Shown here: positions 26,791 through 40,400 of the stretch, piece by piece
Layout of the letters: the number at the start of each line of letters is the position of its first letter
Position numbering within the stretch: position 1 is the stretch's first letter
DNA from: Albugo candida
Lineage: Eukaryota
NCBI GenBank assembly: GCA_040437565.1
Contig: JBDOQK010000006.1
Span: forward strand, 1-64,000
DNA: 64,000 bases
Reading direction: 5' to 3'
Made by a program: the position numbers and the translations under genes
Notes under the pieces: generated by a model
What the model was told of the DNA's origin: nothing
Databases searched by the model: none
What the model saw: the letters and a program-made list of their open reading frames with translations, nothing else

Positions 26791-29700
26791 AGCTGACAAT
26801 GCATTATGTCGCGTATTCTAAATTTTTCGGCGGAACCAAACGAAGAGAGAATGGTAAGGAGAAAGTAAAAGGAGACATGTGCGCCCGCCTAAAAAATTAC
26901 GTTATATGGTACCAAAAAAACTCGTTCATCTACATGTAAGTTGTTATCGTGCACCAAACAATAAAATGGAGGAATTTCATCGAACTTGATTTGACCTTCC
27001 ATGCGGAGAATGTGCAGCGCAAGTCGTAATATATCATAATTAACTCATCCGAGCCGACAGATATTGGCTTTGTGTGCAAGCTTTTAGGTTGCGCAAAGAT
27101 TGGCAAAAGGTGGATGAGTTTGGACGGCCTACCCGTCACAAGTGGATTATTCTCTTTATTGTGTCACAGTTTTTATGTTCCCATCACTTGTTTTCGTTTG
27201 AAGCAAGACGAAGGCGAATGTGTCAACCGGAAAAGAGAAAGAGTGTCAGTTCTGAGGCAAAGAAACTTCACTATAGGAGATCTCATTTTCCGTGAGGTTT
27301 ATAAGTAATGAAGCGGCTGAATAAGACATAATAGCGCTTTCTACATGAGACTACCGAGAACAAAGCTTATAGAAAGCATGTTGAGCCAGGCAACAAAGAT
27401 ATTCTGTGCGAGCATGCCTTGACGCGAAAGAAGATCTGTAGCTATTCTTTCGTTGGTTTGTCATCTCATCGAGAACTTACAATGGATGCCCATGAAAACG
27501 ATAATCAGACCAAGAAAGAGCTTTCAAAAGCATATGAGCGCAAAGCACCGTATAACATTCCCTCATCGAGCTGAAAGTGGTGTCTTTGAAATGCTACATC
27601 ATTGGACCATCAAAAAGTACTGTACGTTGGATAGCGAGCCAGCTTCAATAAACTAAGAAGACAAACAGCTGGTATTTGAAATAAGCAAGCCGTACAGATA
27701 CTCCACAGGCAAAAAAAACAATCCGCTGATAGGAATGTCAGAGGACTCTTTCATGTTTAATATTAACGAGGAACTTATATAAAAGCTATTTTATATGATG
27801 TCACACATAATTACCAGCTACGAGTAGTTTTCCAAAGTTTATTCGGTCCCAATCTTGCTCAGCAGCGCTCATATTTAAATCTCATGTACAATTTTCGTGT
27901 CCACTTTATATGTTTGCTGTGATACGCTGAATTTCATTGCAAACATTTGAGTAATATACCTTTCTGATAAGCAACTTTTTTTATAAATGACCCCTCCATA
28001 AAACATCGAAGGCTGAAAGAAACTCTTGTGAACTAAATTGATTTTGATCTTTACTATTTATTTTTCTTGGCACATGTAAATACAGCCTTATAGTATATTT
28101 CATGATCTGAGCGAGAAATATATGGCAGTGAATCGTTCTCAATTGATGTGATTCATTGCAACTGCGCCATACACATGATATCTTGAATATTGCTACACAA
28201 CACTCAGCAGATTTTGGATCCATTGTGCTTCCATAGATGTTTTATTACAAGCTTTATGACGATACAGTTCCGTGACTTATGTGTCGTCAAGCTATCAATG
28301 ACCATAATGTACCACACACGCGCTTTACAATATGTAACGTGACCTTGCGATGGAACTCTGAATACAATTACTATTCATATTGATGAATGGAGCTCTGCTA
28401 TAATTTAAGAGGATAATCTATCAATCCATAGGATATGTCGCTCACTAAATGAAAATAGGTTTTGTCGTCTATAAATGATTAGACTCCAGGTAACAGGTCT
28501 CGAAACATAATAGGACGTGTACTATGATCCTTGGCTATAAGAATCACCATAGCATGTCTTTCGGCTTGGAAGGAGGGAGATCTTTGCGATGAACTTATGT
28601 CCTGGGAACAGAAATATCATCTTGCGTGATGACTGCTTATGCTCCTGTGGGCAGCCACAGAAAGTAATAAAAATCAAGATGTTAAGTAGATAGCATTTAT
28701 AGTATCTTAGTTGTAAACCCAAGAAAACGTTTGTTTTCCATCATATGCGTGAGCTGCTTGATCAATCGATGAGCATGATTATAATTGAAATGTCGTTGTG
28801 CCGTCTAGATACTAAAAATCGGATTTAAACGAAAGAACAATTTCGCGGTTGAGATGAGGAAGGGTGTCATGTTCCGAAATATGTAGAACACGTGTTATAT
28901 GGGAGCAGGAACAAGTCTACAAGCTCGTGCAGATTAATGGCTCTACTTTGAATGTTTTCCAAGAATATTACAACTACATACATTAACTATCCAGAGACGC
29001 CCACATGGTACCAAAATTACAGCACGTAAGCCACCAGAAAACTGTGCAAGCACATAGGGTAGCATACAGAGAAGGGGGGTGAAGCTAATCTGAAGCAGCA
29101 CACGACACCGGAAGACTTGAGTCCCATGCATTGTTGTCAACACAATGCTCCCTGCGATATTTGAAAAACTCGTTTTCAGGTATAAGTGTCCCTCCTTCAA
29201 AGTAAATAGCATTTGTTTACTGAAAGGGTTGTTCAGTAACAATAAGAAGCATTATATTATCATTCTTTGACTTCGAAGCTAAACTTCAGAATTTTCTTCC
29301 TTGATGTATCTGTTGTTATCGTCAATGGATGATCCACTTGATTGACCTCTGATATCAGAGCTCCACGATAAATCTTCTTCTCGCACCTCGCACGTTGGAT
29401 AATTCATTTATCCGTGAAATAAGGAGAGAAAGCGCACAACAACGTCTCCAAATTCGTCCTACAAAATATTTTGGACACACATTTGACGACGTAGGGTGTT
29501 GTAGGCGAAGTAGAACCGATGGGGTAATTTGAAAGAAGCGGTATGCTACGAAATTGATTGACCTGTAGTGGAGGCTCTTGGGAACAGGCGAAAACAATCG
29601 GAATGATCTCAGTCGATGATATCCTTCCAGTGAATGATAACGATGCTCTGTCTATGCCGTACACTGAACTAACGAATGTGAACCGGAACTCTCTGTCTGA

Positions 29701-32700
29701 GCAAGATTGGGAAAAAAACGTCGGGCAGCACTCTCAACAACATGTTTACTTGAGGGTGTAAGGCTCAACTCTTTTCCGAGATATTGGCTATTGTGGGAAT
29801 GCAAATGCCGTATTTGGAGAACATACACCTTCGCGTACAGCTTTCTGCGAATGATTCTATCGGCCAACTCGCAAACTATTTTGCAGTCGTGCCTCATAGA
29901 AGGGTTTTCACGCTTCATTGCATGCCACTATTTTGTCCGCGTTGACGATTGTGTCCCTCGCATCCGTGCGCTTGCCACCATTGTTGATATTGATTGCTGT
30001 GATGCCAGTCGATGGTAGATAAATGAAGTTATTCCGCACGCACAATCGTTGTTGCAAGCTCTTATCCATGTCATTCAAGATTCTCACTGACCTCTACAGG
30101 AACAAGGAATGACAGCTGTCACAAATGATGCGATAGAATGTGAAGTAACTTTCGATGCAAATTACGGCATCTCTATTCATTGCAGAGATATACCAGTTCA
30201 TGTGAGTGGATCAGAAATTAGCCTTTTGCAGAAAAAGTCGTTTGGAACGACTGCCTTAATTGGTCGAGGTGCGGGCAATGATTCGTTTGTAAATAATGCA
30301 TGAGGGGAAAATACTGAGACTATTGTAAATACAGCGAACCGGAACACTGGATGGGGCAGATGTCCTTTAAGCTCCTCAATCCTGCGTCTAAATTGGTCCC
30401 TTCTTGGAAACGACTTTGTACCATATTTTCATCATGTGATTCCTCCTCTAATTACAGCAAAGATCGAACCTGATACCCACATCTACAAACCTGCTCTTAA
30501 CAATCATGAAGATTACGTTGAGAGTATTGTAGACGATATTGTCATAATCACTCAGTTTCTCGATAGAGGGAAACACGAAGCTCATAAACATACCAGTGCA
30601 TCGTAATCAAGACAAATGCCTTCAATATGTTGCACCAGTGCGCATTACATGTCAAAGGATAATTTTATCTTACGTTGATTAGTTTACTGAAGTGATCATT
30701 TATTGCTAGGCTTTGAGTGAGCCGTGGATTTTCGGCTAGTTAGTTTATTGCTAGTGGCAACAGCTCTGAAAGCCACATTACATGGAGGCCTTCTTTACGG
30801 ATTTGGGAAAAACGGCCCACAATTTCAACGAAGACGTTTTCATTTTTCTTTTACATTCTTACATTCTTATAAGTCATTGCATTGATATTTTGCGGACGCA
30901 AAAACATACTTCCTTAGAGTTCGTGAAGATGTAGCTTATATTACAACGAAAATTTCTTGCGTATCGGGATGGTCTCTGTGGTCGTTTCTTGAATGCATTG
31001 AAGGACGACTAGCACGATCATAGGTCAACCAACAAGGCGAGAACTTTGAACAAGAAGAAGCTTTGGAGCTAATTGTACAAGATGAAGTATAAGAAGGTAT
31101 GTTTCGATTCATATTTGATGCAATTTGGTGGAACATGAATGTACGCGAAGATCATCTTTTTTACGTACTTTAATCTCATTTACTCTGTTTTGTAATGAAT
31201 CATATCAACCAAGCAGAAATCCCTACGATTCTAGCACAAATCATCGGCATAATGAGTGACATTATCGAGCACTCTAAGCTTTTCGCTAGAGAGAAAAGTT
31301 TTACGTTTTTGCATGTCACTTGCTAGAAAGTATACAGGGTGTGTCGGCTCTCATTATACAAGCTGCCGCCGGTAATATTGACGTCGCGGATAAAAATGCC
31401 AACCAGGATTTTTTGCCTTTGCCATTTGCGCTGTGTAATTACCAAAAGATGATTCAATCGATTTTGGTGCTGAGTGACTGTCTCGGTGATAAGAACACTT
31501 ATTACGAAACGGGGTGGATTATGAAACCTGCGTCAGCGTGTATCGAAAAACGTTTTTACCCCGGCCAACTTTTGCTGACACGTAGCGCTATGGCCACTTT
31601 CATTGTCTTCGTTGCCCCTAGGAATAGACGTTATCGAGGTGCTAGACATTCGTGACCGCTTATTATATCTATTTAGAAGTAACTGCACAATTGTATGGAT
31701 CCGAGTACTACAATTACCGGATAGTGTCAAAGTATTTTCACTTATAAATGAAAGGTACTTCGAGAAGTATGTATGCGATTCATGCGAGTTCATTTTGTAG
31801 ACTTTGCTGAAGTTTCTGTAGATTACGAGGTCGCATTAAACGATAAAGACGTGTGATTCGTTCTTTCCGTGACGACCCAATCTAAAACTCATGCCATTTT
31901 ACTCAAATACAGAAAAGAAATGATTCATCCGTTCTCGTTAAAGTTTGATTGCATTGACAATGGAGGAACAAGCGAGCTTGCAACTTTCTGTAAGCTCTGA
32001 CACAAAAAAAGTGAAAATAGAGCTCCACAGCACCCCTTTTTGTTTGGTTGTCGATAATACTGTCGCGCCCGATCATTTGAAAGACAGAAACCGTGACTGT
32101 ATAATGTTTTATTGGAACGTAGCTATTTTCAGAAAAACGTGCCAATTCGTCGTCCTATAAATAACATTTTTGGAAATTCAGATTTAGTCCTGGTTTGGGG
32201 TCGCTGTGAGATATTCCATCGAGCCTACAGTGAGAGACAGGGCGTTGAAAGGAAGTGGTTCCTATGAAACACGCTTAGAAAATGCTTTGTCGCAGTACCC
32301 AATCTCGATTTTTTCCTGATGCTTCCTGCTAGCTCTGTGGCTTTGAGATGTTTTTACGGTGTTGTATAAAATGAGTTTTGTGGTGTCACAGTATTTTGAT
32401 GGCATACAAATTTGTTACTTCGATTCCGCTTTATTATCTACTTGATAAATCGACAACGGGAACTATATGTTCACTTTCACAAAAATTCTGCGAATCCTCC
32501 AGCGCGAATCAAAACTCCTGTTGGTAAATTCATAATATTCTTCTTGGCCGAATTGAACAAAGTGTAAACGAAGTCAATCATCAATGTGCTGCAGCTTGGA
32601 CACAATATGTTTCACATTCATGGATCATTGGAATTCAATCCTTTCTTGATGCTTTGACAGAATATGTCAGCCACACCATGAAATAATAAGTTTTTTTCCT

Positions 32701-33532
32701 CGATTATATACTTTCATGACTAGAAGGGCACGTAAAATATCAGCATCAAATGAAGTTGAAGGCTTCACTTGTGCGATGCTTTTTTCTGATAAGAGTATTT
32801 ATAAAGACCTTTGAAGGATACTTTGCTAGAGAGTCTTTCTGGTGAAGAGATCCAGTTGCTGTAACTTGACTAAGGATTGTATAGTGCATGATAATATGGG
32901 AATGAAAGCACTACGTTTTAGGCTGCAGCGGGTAAAGTTGGGACGAGTTCGCAACCATAGAATACTGATACTTTTCTGGTTGAGAAGTAATAGAATCAAA
33001 CCACACGTAGTACATCCTGTCTTATATCCACGTGTCGATGGGTAAGGATAAGCAAATGTGAACGTATAGATAGTACGTCAACCTCTGGGATTCGGGCTGT
33101 CCGACACGATACTAATCAAGATGCTAAAATAGAACTTAAATTCTGTCCGACGACATCGATAGCTCGAGTAGATGAATAAGATTTGATGTCGTGGCTTATC
33201 AGCGACAAACCGAAACCATAAATACGAAGGTAAACATTCGTGGGCTAGGAAGCCCTAAACATTCAACTTCAGAAGACGAGGAATTACTATGTGGACGTGC
33301 GTACGAAAGGTTGGTCAAGTTCCTCCCTTTGATGAATCAAATTTGAAGATACAAGTGAATATCATACAATGAAGAAATAGATATAAATTATTGGAATCGA
33401 CGGCAGTATTCGTTTGGTAACCAGAGTTTAAACACAGAGAATCAAAAATAAACCATGCGGCACATCTTAATCAAGAAACTGGAAGGAAGAGATTTCAAGG
33501 TGACATTAGGAGAAGCGAACATTGGCACAAAA

Positions 33533-33750
33533 TGTGAAGACTTTTGTTTACTTAGAATTTAAAAAACTTTCTTAATATAGGTCCTTAGTTCGCTACCCTG
33601 TGCTACCTCTAAGCCTATCATTCTAGGTCCCTCTATAATGTTCCTAATGACGTCAGACTGTGACGTCACACCATGACGTCAGCCTGTAACGTCATGGCCT
33701 ATCTAGCATACAGTCCGCTCAATCTTGTTGCCCGACTCGGCGGCATAACA
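33533..33750 (-). repeat. 3' LTR, Gypsy copy A
   Basis: TG...CA termini on the minus strand (TGTTATGCC...CTTCACA). PPT at 33751-33760. Four TGACGTCA-type motifs. Confidence 0.92.
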
Positions 33751-36633
33751 TCTCCCCGGACTTGACTTCGCGTTGGCGGTCTCGAAAGTCTTTACTAGTC
33801 TCTGCCAATGCGAAACGTGGCGGATAGCTTTCTCTCGTTCCCAAGTACTATCACACTCCGGGAGGCCGTGCCATTTTACTGGCCATTCCACTTGGCGGCT
33901 GCGCTGACGACGAAGAAGCAACTTTTCCACAATGTGTATTTCCTTCCTGGTATCTGGTTCTAGGATGATTGGTGATGCTTTCGGAATCGGCCGACCAGCT
34001 AACTCGGACGCATTCGGCGTATATGGATAGAGTAGGTCGACGTTAAACGATGGGTTAAGTATCTTCATATTTCGCGGTAGCTTCAGTTTAGCTACATTCG
34101 GGTTGATCATCGAGCTTATCTGAAACGGTCCAACCTTCTTTGCTTTGAGCTTGGCTTTCTTTATTTAACTCAATGTGAGCGTTGACTATTTTGAGTGGAA
34201 GGTTCTTGGTATCCAGTAGAACTAAGTCACCGACACTAAAGGTGAGGCTTGTTCTTTTCGAGTCATAGTACTTCTTCTGTCTCTCCTGGGCTTGTTCTAG
34301 ATTTTCGCGTGCCTTACGCACTAGGTCTTGGCGATCCTTGGAGAACTTTGAGGCGAACTATGAGATGGTTTGTGGATCCATATCATCATAGTCTTTGTAT
34401 TCGTGAGAAACCAGATTGAATAGGTATTAATCTCAAACGGGGTGATCTTAGTAGACGCGTTTACTGAAGTGGCATGCGTGTATTCTACCGTACCAAGTAA
34501 CTTGGCCCAATTTTCTCCACTGTATGATACTAAGCAACGTAAAGCGTCTTCTGCGTTCTGATTGTCCATCCGCTTGCGCTCTATGAGCGGTCGTCAGGCT
34601 TAGCTTGACAACCATCATGGTCATTAGAGATTTCCAAAACTTTGCCGTGAACTTAGGATCCCGATCGCTGATGATCACCTTCGTCAGTACATGATGTCGG
34701 ACTACGGCATTGAAAAATAACTTGGCGGTGTCTTTAGAATCTGCAGTCGTATACTTTCGGCGCATAGATTGGTCTCTTCGACAACTTGTCTACGACGACG
34801 CAAATAGCATCGTACCCTTGCAACACGGGTAGTCCAGTAATGAAGTCCACTGACACTACTTCCCAGCATTATCATGAATCCTTTCTTTCGCTGGTTGTTT
34901 GACCTCCATCGAGCGCATGTTTCACATGTCTTGACGTACTTGTGCACTGTCTCCAGTATCTTCGTCCAGTAGTACCGTTGCTTCAGCTTCATGTAAGTTC
35001 TGCGAACTCCTGGATGTGCTGCTGTGGCTGTATCATGAAACTCGTATAGAATCTTCGTCTTTATTTCCGGCATTTCTGGAATGCATATTTGCTGCATTGC
35101 ATCATCTTGCTTCAGATATATGAGTCCTTTGTCGATTATGAAATTGTTTTTCGGCTGCTTTGTTTTCCAGAAATGTTTGAAAAACTTATCTTTGCGATAG
35201 CCCTGCTGAATCGCTTCACACACGTTCGTTGATATGGGCGCGTACAACATGAAACTCGGCGTTGTGGATTTGCTCTTGCGCAACTCCTATCGGACGACTC
35301 TCCCCCCTTAAGTGCACATCGTCGAGTAAGAGTTGTGAGACATCCAGCGGAATGTACTGAATAAAAGCAGCGTGAACCATGTGCGTATCCAAAAGGGTGA
35401 AATGTTGCTTACAGTCCTCTGGACACGCATGTACGACGTGTGCCATATCGGGAACATGGTCCGTAGGCACCTCTGAATCGTTGGAATGCTCTCCCGACAC
35501 GGTCGGACGAGATAATGCGTTAGCCACCTCATTGGACCGTCCTTTGACATGATGTAAGACGAAGTCGAACTGCGAAAATAACGTTAACATACGAGCCATC
35601 TTTGGAGACACTTTGAAATGGTGGAGCATCCACCTGCACGCGGAACTGTCTGTATAGACTGAAAAGTGTCTTCCGTGGAGATAGGGACGCCATTTTTCGA
35701 GCGCAGTCTTGATAGCTAACAGCTCTTTCTCGTGAGCTGGCCATTTTAGTTCATGTGGGCCTATATGCTTCGAATATAACGCAATGGCGTGGTCGTTGCC
35801 GTTGATACGTTGCGAAAGAACACCGCCCATGCAAAACCCAGAAGCATCTGTTGTTACGATGAAAGAGTGAGTAAAGTCTGTCAATTCTAGCGTCGGTGAC
35901 TGCTGAAGTGCGAGCTTCAATGCGTTAAACGCCTTTTGCTGATCTTCGCCCCCAGTTCCATTGAGTATCTTGTTTGGTCAACTCTCGAAGAGGACACGGT
36001 AGTCGTGCAAAATTGCAGATGAAACGTCGGTAATACCCAGCTAGTCCCAGCAAACTTAGCAACTATTTGCGACAGGACGGTGTTTGGAACGTTGCGATAG
36101 AATCTGTTTTCTTAGGGTCGACGTGTAGACCAGCTTCGGCAACCATATGACCTAAGAATGCGATTTATGGCTATTTGAGACCTTTGGATGGATACCTTGT
36201 AAACAACTCCAAATTACTGTAGGCTCGTATCTACTATGAAGCTATTACTTGCTTCTACGGCACACGGCCACTTTTTTTTGGTGACGATAAAACCATCGAA
36301 TCGACGCTTCGGACGAAATTCAAGCGCGAAAAAGATTTTGCGACCAAATGCACATTTGGAGAGTCGAGCGTAAAACTTCTCCTTGCGCAACACTTCGCAT
36401 AATGCACGAACGTGGCCGACGTGGTCCTCCATTGTACGGGATAAGATGCATATGTCGTCCAGATACACGACAACGAAATTGCCTAGCTTGTCGAACAACA
36501 TTCGCATAAGACGTGACCAAACCCCAGGCATTCCTGATAACCCCATTGGTGCTACACACCATTGATACGTTTCTTTGTGGGTTCTGAAAGCCGTATAGGG
36601 TCGACTTGATGGCATAACTACCATTTGATGGTA
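33703..36633 (-). pseudogene. Gypsy pol pseudogene, copy A (RT C-half, RNase H, integrase, chromodomain)
   Basis: YLDD; TTDASGFCMGGVLSQ; EKELLAI; FHDTATAAHPG..CETC; ISDRDPKF; chromodomain VEKLL..VEWPVKWHGLPECDSTWE. Frameshifted and cut by a gap. Confidence 0.93.
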
Positions 36634-37264
36634 NNNNNNNNNNNNNNNNNNNNNNNNNNNNNNNNNNNNNNNNNNNNNNNNNNNNNNNNNNNNNNNNNNN
36701 NNNNNNNNNNNNNNNNNNNNNNNNNNNNNNNNNGATGCAATCAGTGCGATCAGCATTGCTGCAGTGTGCTGATGTCTTGCTGTAGCTAAAGTACGATTTA
36801 TCATCGTTGCGTCACAGCTTTGCGTCACAGCATGCAACTATAAGGCCTTGTCCGGTTCAATCGCTTTTATATAAAAGTAGGAGAGAAGTAAAATAACGCT
36901 TCGACGTTTCACCCCAGCGTAAACCTTTTAATACGGGCACCATTATTTCGTACCGCAACTCAAGGCTTATGAGTACCTCATCTAATATATTTTTGGAAAG
37001 AAAGCATGAGTAAATAGAATTGCTGAGATGGGCCATGGATCAAATCAAGTACTCAGTTATCTTTTCAAAAGGTACGCTTGGAAGTCGTAGCAACACGCAC
37101 ATCTCTAAACAACCGTAGGAACGACTTGAGTAAACAAGTTTTTCTTTTTTATACGCAGGATTTTCTTGAGTACAAACGCTGGAAAATGGAATTTTGAAAT
37201 CATGGCTAGGGGATCGTGTGACATCGCTGGTACGATTATGTTTCCCGGATCTTTTGACCCGCTC

Positions 37265-37446
37265 TTTAAAGACTTCTTGCTCACTTAGTAAATTGGAAAC
37301 TAAATTATTATAGGTCCTTAGTTCGCTACCCTGTGCCACCTCTAAAAGCCTATCATTCTAGGTCCCTCTAGAATGTTCCTAATGACGTCATGGTCTATCT
37401 AGCATACAGTCAGCTCAGTCGTGTTGCCCGACTCGGCGGCATGACA
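37265..37446 (-). repeat. 3' LTR, Gypsy copy B
   Basis: Homologous to the other two LTRs but more diverged. One TGACGTCA. PPT at 37447-37456. Flank CGCTC does not match CAAAA. Confidence 0.9.
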
Positions 37447-40400
37447 TCTCCCCGGACTTGACTTCGCGTTGGTGGTCTCGAAAGGTCTGTACTAGTCGCT
37501 GCCAATACGAAACGTGGCTGATAGCTTTCTCGCGCTCCCAAGTACTATCGCACTCCGTGAGGCCGTGCCATTTTACTAGCCATTCCACTTGGCGGCTGCG
37601 CTGACGATGACGAAGCAAGTTTTCCACAATGTGTAGGTCCTTCCCGGTATCTGGTTCTAGGATGATTGGTGATGCCTTCGGAATCGGTCGTCCAGCGAAC
37701 TCGGACGCATTCGGCGTAAATGGATAGAGTAGGTAGACGTAAACGATGAGTGCAGTCTCTTCATATTTCGCGGTAGATTCAGTTAAGCTACGTTCGGGTT
37801 GATCATCGAGATTATATCAAACGGTCCAACTTTCTTTGCTGTGAGCTTAGCTTTCTTTAACTCAATGTGAGCATTGACTGTTTTGAGTGAAAGATTCTTG
37901 GTATCCAGCAGAGCTAAGTCACCGACACTAAAGGCGAGGCTTGTTCTTTTCGAGTCATAGTACTTCTTCTGTCTCTCCTGGGCTTGTTCTAGATTTTCAC
38001 GTGCCTTACGCACTAGGTCTTGGCGATCCTTGGCGAACTTTGAGGTGAACTCTGAGATGGTTTGTGGATCCATATCATCATAGTCTTTTTATTCGTGAGA
38101 AATCAGAGTGGATACTTTTCTTCCGGTATCAATCTCAAACGGGGTGAGCTTAGTAGACGCGTTTACTGAAGTGGCGGGCGCGTATTCTACCTTACCAAGT
38201 AACTTGGCCCAATTTTCTTCACTGTATGATACTAAGCAGCGTAAAAGCGTCTTCTAACACCAAGTTTTGGCGTTCTGTTTGTCCATCCGCATGCGCTCTT
38301 TGAGCGGTCGTCATGCTTAGCTTGACACCCATCATGGTCATTAGAGACTTCTAAAAGTTTGCCGTGAACTTCGGATCCCGATCGCTGATGATAACCTTTG
38401 GCAGTCCATGATGTCGGATTACGGCATCGAAAAATAACTCGGCGGTGTCTTTAGAATCTGCAGTCGTATACGTTGGCGCATAGATTGGTCTCTTCGACAA
38501 CTGTCTACGACGACGCAAATAGCATCGTACCCTTCCGACACGGGTAGTCTAGTAATGAAGTCCATTGACACTACTTCCCAGCATTCTTCCGGAATGAGTA
38601 TAGGTATCATTAATCCTTTCTTTCGCTGTCTGTTTGACTTCCATCGAGCGCATGTTTCACATGTCTCGACGTACTTGTGCACCGTCTCCAGTATCTTAGG
38701 CCGGTAGTACCATTGCTTCAACTTCATGTAAGTTCTGCGAACTCCTGGATGTGCTGCTGTGGCTGCATCATGAAACTTGTATAGAATCTTCGTCTTTATT
38801 TCCGGCATGTCTGGAATGCATATTTGCTGTAGTGCACCATCTTGCTTCAGATATATGAGTCCTTTGTCGATTATGAAGTTGTTTTTTGGATGCTTTCTTT
38901 TTCAGATATGTTTGAAAAACTTATCTTTGCGATAGCCCTGCTCAATCGCTTTACGCACATTGTCGTTAATATGGGCGCGCTCAACATAAAACTAGGCGTT
39001 GTGGATTTGCTCTTGAGCGACTCCTATCGGACGACTCTCCCCCCCGCAATTGCACATCGTCGAGTAAGAGTTGGGAGACATCCAGCGGAATGTACTGAAA
39101 GAACGCAGCGTGAACCATGTGCGTATTCAAAAGAGTGAAGTGTTGATTACAGTCATCTTCACATTCATGTACGACGTGCGACATATCGGGAACATGGTCC
39201 GTAGGCACCTCTGATTCGTTGGAATGCTCCCCCGACACGGTTGGACGAGATAATGAGTCAGCCACCATAGACATTTTGGGATGGTGGAGCATCCACCTGC
39301 ACGCGGAAATTTTCTGTATAGACTGAAAAGTGTCTTCCGTGGAGATAGGGACGCCAATTTTCGAGCGCAGTCTTGATAGGTAACAGCTCCTTCTCATGCG
39401 CTGGCCATTTTAGTTCATGTGGGCCTAGATGTTTCGAGTAAAACGCAATGGCGTGTTCGTTGCTGTTGATATGTTGCGAAAGAACACCACCCATGCAAAA
39501 CTTAAAAGCATCTGTTGTTACGATGAAAAGGTGAGTAAAGTCTGGCAATTTCAGCGTCGGTGACTGCTGCAGTGCGAGCTTCAATGCGTTAAACGCCTTT
39601 AGCTGAACTTCCCCCCAGTTCCATTGAGTATCTTGTTGGGTTAACTTTCGAAGAGGACGCGATAGTCGTGCAAAATTGCAGATGAAACGTCGGTAATACC
39701 CAGCTAGTCCCAGAAAACTCAGCAAATCTTTGCGACAGGACGGTGTTTGGAACGTTGCGATAGAATCTGTTTTCTTAGGGTCGACGCGTAGACCAGCTTC
39801 GGAAACCATATGCCCTAAGAATGCGATTTCTTTGCGACCAAAATGCACATTTGGAGAGTCGAGCGTAAAGCTTCTCCTTGCGCAACACTTCGCATACTGC
39901 ACGAACGTGGCCGACATGGTTCTCCATTGTACGGGAGAAGATGCATATGTCGTCCAGATACACGACAACGAAGGTGCCTAGCTTATCGAACAACGTTCGC
40001 ATCAGACGTGACCAAACCCCAGGCATTCCTGATAACCCCATTGGTGCTACACACCATTGATACGTTTCTTTGTGGGTTCTGAAAGCCGTATAGGGTCGAC
40101 TTGATGGCATAACTACCATTTGATGGTACCCTTGAGCAAGATCGAGAAGCGTAAAATACTTGCATCCAACCATGCGGTCTAAAAGTTCTTCGATTAACGG
40201 CAAAGAAATTTTTGCCACGACGGACATGCTATTCACATAACGGTAGTCAATTACCCAGCGAATGAGAATCTTCGAATTTCCGCTTCGGAGCCATTCGGCG
40301 CGTTTTGGGAACTTTCCGGTTGTGGGATCTTTCTTTGGGATTCTAAAAATATTGGAGACCCAGGGCGAGTTGGATGCTTCTAACCATCTTTTTCGTATAT

